Of a stretch of 64,000 bases of DNA, positions 8,968 through 18,139 are shown piece by piece. Under the pieces are notes generated by a model, which was given only the letters and a program-made list of their open reading frames with translations, did not search any database and was not told the origin of the DNA. Source of the DNA: an uncultured Verrucomicrobiae bacterium (GTDB lineage Bacteria > Verrucomicrobiota > Verrucomicrobiia > Chthoniobacterales > UBA10450); assembly GCA_963801815.1 (NCBI GenBank), contig CAWDGJ010000006.1, positions 52,283-116,282 on the forward strand. The letters run 5' to 3'. Every line of letters starts with the position of its first letter. Position 1 is the first letter of the stretch. The position numbers were made by a program, and so were the translations under genes.

Positions 8968-10851
8968 CTACACTAATTCTTCGGCCAGCACGTCCGGCTC
9001 GGATGCCGTTTCCGACTCTGGCGTCGTTTGGTGGAACTGCAAATCGTAGAGGCGACGATAATACCCGGACTTCTCGATCAACTCGGAGTGCGAGCCTATT
9101 TCCTTTATTTGGCCCTGATCCAGCACCACGATTTGATCGGCCGACAAAATTGTCGACAGACGGTGAGCAATGGCGATGACAGTTCGACCGGCTGCGAGTT
9201 TTTCGAGCGCCTTTTGAATTTGCTTCTCGGACTCGGTGTCGAGAGATGACGTCGCTTCGTCGAGCAACAGGATCGGTGCATTCTTCAAAAGCGCCCGGGC
9301 AATGGCCAATCGTTGCTGCTGGCCACCGGACAACAGGCAGCCCTTATCTCCAATAACCGTGTCGTACCCATCCGGCTGCGCGATGATGAAATCGTGGGCG
9401 TAGGCAGTTCGGGCAGCGGCATAAACTTCTTCCGGTGTTGCGCCCATCCGGCCGAATTGGATATTTTTGAAAATCGTGTCGTGAAACAGAAACGTCTCCT
9501 GGGTGACAAGGCCCATTTGCGCGCGCAGCGATTTTTGGGTCAACGATCGCAGATCGTAACCGTCGATCTTGATCTTGCCGGAAGTTGGATCGTAGAGGCG
9601 CAGGATGAGCGATAGAATTGTCGACTTGCCGGCGCCGCTGGCGCCGACCAGCGCGTAAGTTTTTCCTGGCTCAATTCGCAAATCGATGTCACGAACCGCA
9701 TCACTGACTCCCGTTGAGTATCGAAACGTGACGTTTTCGAAATCGATCTGGCCGCGCGCCGCCGGAAGCTGGACCGCATTCGGGGTATCTTCGACGGTTG
9801 GTCTGGAATCGAGGATTGCGAAAATGGCTGTGGTAGCACCCAGCGATCGCTGCATGACGATGTGAAGTTTGCTTAACGTCTTGATCGGGTCGTAGATGAT
9901 GAAGATTCCTGCGATCAATCCGAAGAATCTGCCCGCGCTGAGATTGGTCGCGTAGACATACCAAAGGGCCAGACCGACGCCGATCGAAGCAATGATTTCG
10001 ACCAGCGGTCCGACGGCTTCGGTTGCTTTCACCGTGCGCATGGTATGAGAGAACGATTGTTGCGAGCCGCGCCGAAACGCCTTTTCCTGCTGGTCTTCTC
10101 GCGCGAACGATTTGATCACGCGAATACCGGCGAAACTCTCCTGCATCGTGATTGACATCAGGACGCCGCCTTTCTGTTCACGCTGGGTGGCCTGGCGCGC
10201 GCGTTTTCCGAAAATGCGAATCGGAATGATGCAGGTCGGAAATAGAACCAGACTAACGATGGTGAATTTCCAATCCATCCAAAGCAACACCCCCACCGCG
10301 CCAATGATTGTGATCGGTTGCTTGAAAACGTCGCTGCTAACGCTGGTCAGGGCCTGCTGCAAACTGCGGGTGTCGCTGGTGATTCGCGACATTAAGTAGC
10401 CGGCCTGCATCCGATTGAAAAAATCCATCGAATGATGCATGACTTTAGTAAACAGCTGATTGCGGACGTCGTTCACCACTCTATTGCTCACCCAATTCAT
10501 GTAGTAAGCGTTGCCGTAGGCACACAGGCTGCGCACCGTCATCACGAACGGAATTGCCAGACAAACCCAAACCACTGAGCCCAATTTCGGGCCCGTATTT
10601 AGCATTTCGGGATGGCTATAGAACGACTTCGGATTAGGTGCGGCGCCATGAAACACAAAATTCGCAACCCAATAAACCGTGGCTGGCAGAGCTGATGTCA
10701 GCAAGCCGGCGGCAGTTCCTAAAGCGAGGCCAAGGAGGAATCGAAATTTGTATGGACCGGCGTAACTGTACAGCCGCTTGTACGGCTTCCATGCGGTTCG
10801 CATGGTTTCCCAGAACGAGAGCTTTACTTTGGCGCCTTCTGCCTTGCTCAT
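8968..10851 (-). CDS. msbA: ABC exporter, fused permease/ATPase, MsbA-like lipid flippase
   Basis: 627 aa with a six-TM N-domain. Walker A GASGAGKST, signature LSGGQQQR, Walker B ILLLDEATS. Overlaps the upstream GT9 gene by 4 nt. Confidence 0.85.
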   Translation of the reverse strand: MSKAEGAKVKLSFWETMRTAWKPYKRLYSYAGPYKFRFLLGLALGTAAGLLTSALPATVYWVANFVFHGAAPNPKSFYSHPEMLNTGPKLGSVVWVCLAIPFVMTVRSLCAYGNAYYMNWVSNRVVNDVRNQLFTKVMHHSMDFFNRMQAGYLMSRITSDTRSLQQALTSVSSDVFKQPITIIGAVGVLLWMDWKFTIVSLVLFPTCIIPIRIFGKRARQATQREQKGGVLMSITMQESFAGIRVIKSFAREDQQEKAFRRGSQQSFSHTMRTVKATEAVGPLVEIIASIGVGLALWYVYATNLSAGRFFGLIAGIFIIYDPIKTLSKLHIVMQRSLGATTAIFAILDSRPTVEDTPNAVQLPAARGQIDFENVTFRYSTGVSDAVRDIDLRIEPGKTYALVGASGAGKSTILSLILRLYDPTSGKIKIDGYDLRSLTQKSLRAQMGLVTQETFLFHDTIFKNIQFGRMGATPEEVYAAARTAYAHDFIIAQPDGYDTVIGDKGCLLSGGQQQRLAIARALLKNAPILLLDEATSSLDTESEKQIQKALEKLAAGRTVIAIAHRLSTILSADQIVVLDQGQIKEIGSHSELIEKSGYYRRLYDLQFHQTTPESETASEPDVLAEELV

Positions 10852-11870
10852 AACGATGGCTGCGCTGCCGGACTCGACAGCAGCGTCTCCATAGCATCGA
10901 TCACCGCTTCCGTCGAGATTTGGTTCATAGGCAAACGCGGCTGCTTTGGCACGAATTCCATGACCGGCGATGACGATGTTCCCTGCAAGATCAATGCCGG
11001 ACTTTCGCGCGGTCGCCAGTGGAACGGGTTCGTCGGCCCAAACAGGATCACTTGCGGTGTCCGCGTTCCCGCCGCGAGATGCATCGGCGCCGAGTCGACT
11101 GTGATTAACAGTCGGGCGCGAGAAATCAACGCCGCGAGCGTAAGCAAATCAGTCTTGCCGGAGAGGTCGACTATTTCCCGGCGAACGTTCGATTTGATAT
11201 CGCCGATGTGCGTTCGTTCGAGAAGAGACGTTCCGCCGGTCAAGACAAGATCGAAGTCGTGGACGCCACCGGCGCGGTTGATCACCTCCGCCCATCTCTG
11301 TGCGTCCCAGAACTTTTCGGCCCTCGCGGATCCAGGATGGAAGATGATGAAAGGGCCGCGAATGTTTTGCGACTCCATCAATCGGACCACGGCTGCGCGA
11401 CAGTCTTCCGGCAACCGCAACTGGATCGCACCCGGGGCATTCATGATTCCCATGGGCTGTAACAGGGCGAGATGATAATCGACCGTGTGCATGTCGCGCA
11501 TGCGATGGGCGACAAACTCGTTATAAAATCGCGTTCGAAATTTCGAGCGCGCTTTGATCCGAAATGAAACGATCCTTTTTTTTGCACGCGAGAGCAGCGC
11601 CAGGAACGCGGAACGATCGTTCCGGGTAAAATCGACGCAATAATCGAATCCGCCGCGGGCGACTGCAGCGAGCGCTCCGAACCCCGCGAATCCGCGGCGC
11701 ACCGCCAGAATCCGGTTTACGCCTGCAATCGCCGGTTCGAGGGCCTTGCATTCGTCCGAGATCACAAGGGTCACGTGTGCGTCGGGAAATTTTTGCCGCA
11801 CCGCCACGATCGCCGGCGTGGTGAGAATCAAGTCCCCGATACGCTTGAGTTGAATCAGTAGGATCTTCAA
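10848..11870 (-). CDS. glycosyltransferase family 9 (LPS heptosyltransferase-like)
   Basis: A TTG start gives MKILLIQLKRIGDLILTTP, the canonical GT9 N-terminus. The ORF is open upstream to ATG 11975, but that extension is low-complexity. Confidence 0.75.
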   Translation of the reverse strand: MKILLIQLKRIGDLILTTPAIVAVRQKFPDAHVTLVISDECKALEPAIAGVNRILAVRRGFAGFGALAAVARGGFDYCVDFTRNDRSAFLALLSRAKKRIVSFRIKARSKFRTRFYNEFVAHRMRDMHTVDYHLALLQPMGIMNAPGAIQLRLPEDCRAAVVRLMESQNIRGPFIIFHPGSARAEKFWDAQRWAEVINRAGGVHDFDLVLTGGTSLLERTHIGDIKSNVRREIVDLSGKTDLLTLAALISRARLLITVDSAPMHLAAGTRTPQVILFGPTNPFHWRPRESPALILQGTSSSPVMEFVPKQPRLPMNQISTEAVIDAMETLLSSPAAQPSL

Positions 11871-12050
11871 TAGTTTGTAGCTGCGGCGCTCTATGACTGT
11901 CGCATTATTGTCAGGTTCTGCTTTGCTCGATCTCCAGATCGAAAATTTCACCGATGAACGGGCCAATCCCTCCATTTCTGTAAAAAAATCGGAAGGGTTG
12001 CGAACGTTTCATCGAGTCTACGAAGTCGGTCGGGCATGGAATCCATCATG

Positions 12051-12075
12051 CGGCGGTCATAGACCGCCGCTACAG
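12051..12075 (-). repeat. REP-like unit (CTGTAG + cggcggtc-tat-gaccgccg hairpin) overlapping the GT4 stop codon
   Basis: 8-bp stem with a TAT loop, as at 19-44. It encodes the last 6 codons (LCSGGL) and the TGA of the GT4 gene. Confidence 0.6.
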
Positions 12076-13268
12076 AGTTGGATGGCGCGTTCGTAAGCGC
12101 CTAACAAACGCATCCGGTAATGGTCCCACGTGAAATTCTCTACCACCCGCTGCCGCGCGGCTGCCCCCATGCTCGCGGCAATCTCGGGATGTCGATACAG
12201 GTGCTCGAGTGCCGTCGAGATGGCATCGACATCTCCAGGTTGAATGATGATTCCTTCCACGCCGTCGCGCACGACGTCGCCCGCTTCCCGCGTCGTGATC
12301 ATCGGCAATCCGCACGCCGCCGATTCATAAATCGTTTTCGCGCTGCCCTCGAGTCGCGATGGAAAAACATAGACCGATCCCTGGTTCAGATAATTCTCGA
12401 GATCGCGCTTGAAACCGAGAACGCGAATATTGTCGCGCCAAAATTTCTTCAGGTATGGTTTGGCTTCGTCATGGACGCTGCCAAGCAGCCAGAGCTCCGC
12501 ATCGCGCAGGTTCAATCTGTGCCAGGCTTCGAGCAAATGATGAATTCCTTTGCGCTCAATCAACGCGCCGGAAAAAATGGCGCGAAAAATTGGCGGCCGC
12601 GCGCCGGGCTGAAATCTTTCGGTATCAACACCGCGCGGTAGATAGAAGAGTTTTTCATCCGGAAAGTTTGCGGCACGAAACGATTCGGCGGCCTTTTCTG
12701 AAAGAACGACCACCAGGGTTGCGAGATCGTATTCTTCCAGAAACCTTTCCCGCTCCAGCAACAAGCGCGATTTCCACCTTCCTCTGACCTGTGACCTGTG
12801 ACCTGTGATCTCTGATGTTTGTCCTCTGACCTCTGTCCTCTGGCTTCCTCGATGCCAGGTGGGGATTTCGATCAGCGATGGGATGTTCCTCCTTTTTGCG
12901 ACTCGCAGCGTTTTCAGGCAATCTCCTGACCAACTGTGAAAAAAGTCATAGCGACCGGTTTCCAGGTGACGGGACGCAATCCAGTCGAGGTATTTTTTCT
13001 TCGCTCCATAATAATAAGGGCGTCCGACAAACGAGATCAGCCGGACCGGATGCCAGCGAAGCGATTGGATGAATTGCGCTGGGATTTCTTTCTGGCGATT
13101 GTCGTAGGCGACGGCTTTTCCGAGAAACTTTCCACGATAAGACGCGCGCAAAGCTTCAAAGGAATCGGTATCAAGCCCGTGGCCGCCGATTCGCGCGAAA
13201 ATCGAGTAGAGCAAACTCTTTGGCAAGATACGGGGTGTGCCGACGGTGCCTGGTTGTTTTTGTGTCAT
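12057..13268 (-). CDS. glycosyltransferase family 4
   Basis: C-terminal GT-B motifs (VFPSRLEGSAKTIYESAACGLPMITT). Preferred start is ATG 13268 (MTQKQPG); the upstream extension to 13322 lies inside a repeat element. Confidence 0.75.
   Translation of the reverse strand: MTQKQPGTVGTPRILPKSLLYSIFARIGGHGLDTDSFEALRASYRGKFLGKAVAYDNRQKEIPAQFIQSLRWHPVRLISFVGRPYYYGAKKKYLDWIASRHLETGRYDFFHSWSGDCLKTLRVAKRRNIPSLIEIPTWHRGSQRTEVRGQTSEITGHRSQVRGRWKSRLLLERERFLEEYDLATLVVVLSEKAAESFRAANFPDEKLFYLPRGVDTERFQPGARPPIFRAIFSGALIERKGIHHLLEAWHRLNLRDAELWLLGSVHDEAKPYLKKFWRDNIRVLGFKRDLENYLNQGSVYVFPSRLEGSAKTIYESAACGLPMITTREAGDVVRDGVEGIIIQPGDVDAISTALEHLYRHPEIAASMGAAARQRVVENFTWDHYRMRLLGAYERAIQLCSGGL
12779..12850. repeat. heptamer word-repeat tract inside the GT4 CDS
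   Basis: cctctgac ctgtgac ctgtgac ctgtgat ctctgat...cctctgacctctgtcctctgg. Translated in frame as SQRTEVRGQTSEITGHRSQVRGR. Confidence 0.7.
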
Positions 13269-13373
13269 GTCGAGCGGAGTCGAGACATCTCTCATTATTT
13301 CTGAATCCTGAGTCATTTTCACCCCGATTTGGTCTGAAATATTCAGAGATTCCTCGACTTCGCTCGGAATGAC
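13264..13373. mobile_element. MITE/REP-like element: 29-nt imperfect inverted repeats about 52 nt apart
   Basis: Left arm is gtcatgtcgagcggagtcgagacatctct. The reverse complement of the right arm is gtcattccgagcgaagtcgaggaatctct (24/29 match). Lies in the divergent GT4/GT4 intergenic region. Confidence 0.65.
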
Positions 13374-13390
13374 AAGAATGGTTAGAATTC

Positions 13391-14547
13391 ATGTCGAACG
13401 GCAAACTCAGGATCGCTTTCGCGCGTCGTGGCTATTCGCCGACCGGCGGTGCGGAGGCTTATTTGAAGCGGCTTGGCCAGGGGATTGCCGATCTTGGACA
13501 CGAGGCGCAGCTAATCGTTACGAACGGGTGGCCGGCCAGCGAATGGACATTCGGCCCAATTTATCGCGTTCGCGCCGAATCGCCAATCTCGTTCGCCAAT
13601 GAGCTCGAGGAACGTCGATCACAAATCGAGTGGGATGTTCTAATGAGCCTCGAGCGCGTCTGGCGTTGCGATGTTTATCGCGCCGGTGACGGTGTGCATA
13701 AGGCCTGGCTCAATCGCCGCCAAAAATTCGAGATGCCGCTCCAACGATTCATTCGTGGAATAAACCGCAAACATCAGGACATTCTGAAGCTCGAGGCATC
13801 GCTTTTCGGGAAATCAGGCGCCGATCGCGTGATCGCCAATTCTGAAATGGTGAAACGCGAGATCGTCGACCTTTACGGTTATTCCGCGGATAAGATCGAT
13901 ATCGTTCGTAATGGTGTGCCGTCTGAAAGATTCCGGTTTGACCCCGCGCTGCGAGAGAAGTCCCGGTCGGAGTTGAGTATCAAATCCGATGAAATCGTGC
14001 TGCTCTTCGCTGGCTCGGGTTGGGAACGCAAAGGTCTTCGTTTTGCCATCGAAGCATTCGAGCTCTCTCAGGACCGCGGCTTGCGAATGCTCGTCGCCGG
14101 CCGGGGGGATGTGCGCGGTTACAGGCCGAAACGGTTTTTCACAAAGGAACCGGTGCGTTTTCTCGGAGAGGTAGCCGACCTTCGCCCGATCTACGCCGCG
14201 GCTGATATTTTCATTTTGCCGAGCATTTACGATCCGTTTTCAAACGCGTGTCTTGAAGCTCTCGCGTCTGGATTGCCGGTAATCACCACTCGCGATAACG
14301 GTTTTAGCGAGGTTATTGAAAACGACGTTCACGGTTCGGTTGTCGATCTTTCCGAGCAACGTCATTGCACTCCGCAATGCGATCCGGTTCTGGGCCGACG
14401 AACTCTCGTCGCTCGGCCGCGAGAGCGACAACCGCTGAGCGGGCAGGGCAGTTCGACATTTCAACGAATGTTTCCGCGACCCTAGGAATTCTGGTTCAGT
14501 CCGCAGCCAACAGGCCGTCGTCACGCGGATCGATGACGAACACCTGA
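13391..14547 (+). pseudogene. glycosyltransferase family 4 (WaaG-like), 3' end frame-disrupted as sequenced
   Basis: N-terminal RIAFARRGYSPTGGAE and the GT-B core are intact to about 14355. The plausible C-terminus continues in two other frames (NVIALRNAIRFWADE, then AERAGQFDISTNVSATLGIL). This implies +1 shifts near 14360 and 14400. Confidence 0.7.
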
Positions 14548-14816
14548 TCGAGTCGCGCCATTCTGAAAATCGATCGAACGTCGTCGGTGATGCCGCTAAG
14601 GAGTAGCCGGCCACCGTATTCCTGGACGTTTTGCAGGGCGTGAATCAGGACGGCTAAGCCGGAACTATCGATGAATGTGACTCCGGAAAGATCGACCACC
14701 ACTTGCTTCGGACGTTTGGCGATTAGCGAAGTCAGTAATTGCTCTACATCCGGCGAAACGTGAAGATCAATCTCGCCGTTAAGCGAGAGCACGTTCGCCG
14801 AATCGAACAACGCCAT
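14496..14816 (-). CDS. STAS-domain protein (anti-sigma-factor antagonist-like)
   Basis: 106 aa from MALFDSANVLSLNGEIDL. Contains VTFIDSSGLAVLI with the conserved DSSG serine. Confidence 0.75.
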   Translation of the reverse strand: MALFDSANVLSLNGEIDLHVSPDVEQLLTSLIAKRPKQVVVDLSGVTFIDSSGLAVLIHALQNVQEYGGRLLLSGITDDVRSIFRMARLDQVFVIDPRDDGLLAAD

Positions 14817-14883
14817 TCGATCCCAATTTGCAGCACAATTTGTTCCGAAACAGGACCTTAATGTTGCCGAACGTGACTTTAAT

Positions 14884-15243
14884 TTACTTCGCGGCCAGCG
14901 CCGTATCGACGTCCGGATAAATCTCGAACACCTGATCGAGTCGCGCAATGTCGAATACGTGTTTCACGTCTTCCCGAACGCCGGCCAGGCCGAACCTGCC
15001 GCCGTATTGCTGAACATTTTGCATTCCTTCGATCAGCACGGCGAGACCGGAGCTGTCGACGTATGTCACTTTCGTGAAATCGACGATTATCTGTTTGGTT
15101 TTTTTCGCGATCAACGCGCGCAATGATTCCGCAACTGCAGGCGAAACGTGGAGGTCGATCTCGCCAGTGAGCGGCAATACATTTGGTGGTTGTTTTCGTG
15201 GCATAGATTCAGAAAGTAGAGTAACTCGCATTGTTTTCCCCAA
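14884..15243 (-). CDS. STAS-domain protein (anti-sigma-factor antagonist-like)
   Basis: Paralog of the adjacent gene (VTYVDSSGLAVLIEGMQNVQQYGGRF). An internal start at 15204 is possible. Confidence 0.75.
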   Translation of the reverse strand: MGKTMRVTLLSESMPRKQPPNVLPLTGEIDLHVSPAVAESLRALIAKKTKQIIVDFTKVTYVDSSGLAVLIEGMQNVQQYGGRFGLAGVREDVKHVFDIARLDQVFEIYPDVDTALAAK

Positions 15244-15256
15244 GATCGCCGGCCGA

Positions 15257-15980
15257 TCACCAGCCGAGCGTATTTATTAGACGGTCAACGTCGGAAAAAT
15301 CATCAATCAAAATGTCGGGATGATGTTCTGAGAGTTTTTCACGACTCCAACTGCCCGTCGCCACGGCGATCGTGCGCGCGCCGAGCGCTTTCCCGCAGGC
15401 GATATCGCGGGGCGTGTCGCCGATGACGTCAATCTCATCCGCGGAAAATTCGCGGCCATGCTTCTCCTTTGCTCGTGCGCGGGCGAAGGGCCCGAGCTGG
15501 TTGCGGTCGTGATGATCGTCAGCGAACGCACCGAACTCGAAGAAATGCCAGACTCCGTAATGACCAAGCTTTAACCGTGCACCGCGGGAGACGTTGCCGG
15601 TCAACAACGCCAGCACGACGTGTTTTCGCGTTTTCAATTTCTCGAGCAGCTCAAGAACGCCTGGAAGTAAATTGCCTTTGCGCCGCGGCAGTTCGAGGGA
15701 AAGAAAGTGCACGTAGCTGTCGAGGAACGCCGCGATGTTCTCCGCGGTTGTCGGAATTTGGTGCTTCTTCAAAATGCTGGTGACGATGCCTGAATCGGTC
15801 ATGCCAGCGATCTCGATGTCGTCGGAGATCGTCATCGATTTTGAAACGCTCCTTCAAGGCGCGCTTGAGCGCCTCGACTCCGGCGCCGCCGGAATGAATC
15901 AGCGTGCCGTCGATGTCGAAAAGAAGTAGACGCTTCGTAATTGCGGATTGCCGATTGCGGATTGCGGATTTATTGACCAC
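15257..15980 (-). pseudogene. HAD-superfamily hydrolase (phosphoglycolate-phosphatase-like), frame-disrupted near 15838
   Basis: The N-terminal LLLFDIDGTL (motif I) is in one frame. The rest (TGNVSRGARLK..., VIGDTPRDI) is in the -1 frame. A single extra base joins the two. Confidence 0.8.
15940..15970. repeat. tandem heptamer (ATTGCGG/ATTGCCG) x4.5
   Basis: attgcgg attgccg attgcgg attgcgg att. Overlaps the 5' codons of the HAD ORF. Confidence 0.8.
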
Positions 15981-16006
15981 GACTCGCGCAGATTAATGCG
16001 GATTAG

Positions 16007-16031
16007 TTGTAGGGCAACCGCTCCGGTTGCC
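16007..16031 (+). repeat. REP-like unit (TTGTAG + ggcaaccg-ctc-cggttgcc)
   Basis: 8-bp stem and 3-nt loop directly after TTGTAG. Lies in the divergent HAD/lepA intergenic region. Confidence 0.6.
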
Positions 16032-16186
16032 GTGTTTCAGGTTCACCATCGATCGTGTCTACCTCTACTTCCACCTCTCACGCTTAGCCTGGAAAGATGG
16101 ACGAAGATGAACAGTAGGCGGAGAGGAACATTGCCTGCGTGCGGTCGTTGACCGCCTTGCCACCGCACCAGCATAGTGCGGCTTTC

Positions 16187-17984
16187 ATGGCAATCGAACT
16201 GACGCGCAACTTCTGCATCATCGCGCACATCGATCACGGCAAAACGACGTTGTCGGATCGATTGCTCGAGAGCACGGGCACGATCCACGAGCGGGACAAG
16301 ACAGGACCAGCTGCTCGATTCAATGGACTTGGAACGCGAGCGCGGGATCACGATCAAGGCGCATCCGGTCGCGATGAAATATCGCGCGAAGGATGGACAG
16401 ACATATCGATTGAACCTTCTGGACACGCCGGGCCACGTCGATTTTGCCTACGAAGTTTCACGATCACTGGCCGCGTGTGAAGGCGCTCTGTTGATTGTCG
16501 ATGCAGCACAAGGCGTCGAAGCGCAAACCGTCGCGAATGTGCATCTCGCGCACAAGCAAGGGCTTACCATCGTACCGGTGATCAATAAGATCGATTTGCC
16601 CAACGCCGATGTCCCATCAGTGCACCGGCAACTGGAAGAGATTCTCGCAATCCCGTCAGAGGAAGCGATCCACGCCAGCGCAAAAATGGGGACCGGCATC
16701 GATGAAATTTTGGAAGCGATCGTGCACCGGATTCCGCCGCCGAAAACGCCGACAGACGAAACGTTGCGTGCGCTGGTGTTCGATTCCGTGTTCGACGTTT
16801 ATCGCGGTGTCGTTGGCTACGTGCGCGTCGTGTCCGGAACGATGGAAGCGAATCACGCGATCAAAATGATGAGCAACGACGCGCGGTACGAAATCAAGGA
16901 AGTGGGTGTGTTCACGCCGAAGATGTTCGTCCAACCGGGGCTGAGCGCGGGGGACGTCGGTTATTTCATTGCCAACATCAAGACCACCGCCGACATGAAA
17001 ATCGGCGACACGATCACCGATCAACGAAATCCAGCGAAGGTTCCGCTCCCAGGGTTCCAGGAAATTCATCCGATGGTGTTTAGCGGCATCTATCCGATCA
17101 ATACCGGCGACTTCGAACACTTGAAAACAGCAATCGGGAAGCTGCGGTTGAACGACTCGGCGTTTATTTACACGCCGGAAAGCTCGGTCGCGCTTGGATT
17201 TGGATTTCGCTGCGGATTTCTAGGACTGCTGCACATGGAAATCATCCAGGAGCGATTGCGCCGTGAATACAACATGGACATCATTGCGACGAGCCCGAGC
17301 GTGGTCTACGAGGTTGTGACAACGCGAGGTGAAACGCTGCTTATCGATAATCCCGCGCACTTGCCCGATCCGAGTCTAGTCAAAGAGATTCGCGAACCAA
17401 TCGTGAAGGCGTATGTGCTTTGTCCGAACGAAAACATCGGCGACATCCTGCAATTGATTTTGGAAAAGCGCGGAGCGATGGACCACACTGAGACGCTCGA
17501 TTCACGTCGTGTGATGCTTCACTGCGAGCTGCCGCTTAACGAGATCCTCGTCGATTTTAACGACAAGATTAAATCGATCACCCGCGGTTATGGTTCGATG
17601 GATTATGAACACGCTGGCTATCGGGCGGCGAAACTGGTGAAGCTCGATTTACTGGTCAACGGCGAACCGGTCGATGCGTTTTCGATGATTGTGCACAAGG
17701 ATCGCGCGGAGGCGAGGGGACGCCAGCTCGCGGCGAAATTAAAGGAAGTCATTCCCCGGCAACTTTACCAGGTGGCGATCCAGGCGGCGATTGGCGGAAA
17801 AGTAATTGCGCGAGAGAACGTTTCGGCCTTGCGAAAAAACGTAACCGCGAAATGCTACGGCGGCGACATCACCCGCAAACGAAAGTTGTTGGAAAAACAA
17901 AAAGAAGGAAAGAAGCGAATGAAGAGCATCGGCAAGATCAACATTCCGCAGGAAGCCTTTATTGAGGTACTCAAAGCTCAGTGA
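16187..17984 (+). pseudogene. lepA: elongation factor 4 (LepA), frame-disrupted near 16300
   Basis: [27 protein letters not shown] (G1 motif) is in frame 2. The sequence from [17 protein letters not shown] onward is intact in frame 0 (553 aa). One extra base lies around 16295-16305. Confidence 0.9.
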
Positions 17985-17989
17985 CCTGA

Positions 17990-18126
17990 GCTTTGAAATG
18001 TCGAAATCCGAATGACGAATGACAAAGGAAATCTCGAATGACTAAATCGGTAAGAAAAGTGCAACAAAGTTTTTCATTTTCGCTATTCGTGCTTGTTTCG
18101 ACATTCGAAATTCGACATTCGTGCTT
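17990..18126. repeat. intergenic palindromic word-repeat element (TTCGAAT/CGAATG words), family shared with 27090-27232
   Basis: The 3' core attcgtgcttgtttcgacattcgaaattcgacattcg (18085-18122) matches 27179-27218 at about 34/38. The 5' half carries the complementary words. Confidence 0.7.
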
Positions 18127-18139
18127 AGGCATTTAGCTC

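Noticed and set aside
8968-10851. MsbA-like ABC exporter as the processing transporter for the GG-motif peptide at 22.6 kb.
   Set aside because: It has no N-terminal C39 peptidase domain. It is embedded in an LPS-core glycosyltransferase context 12 kb away.
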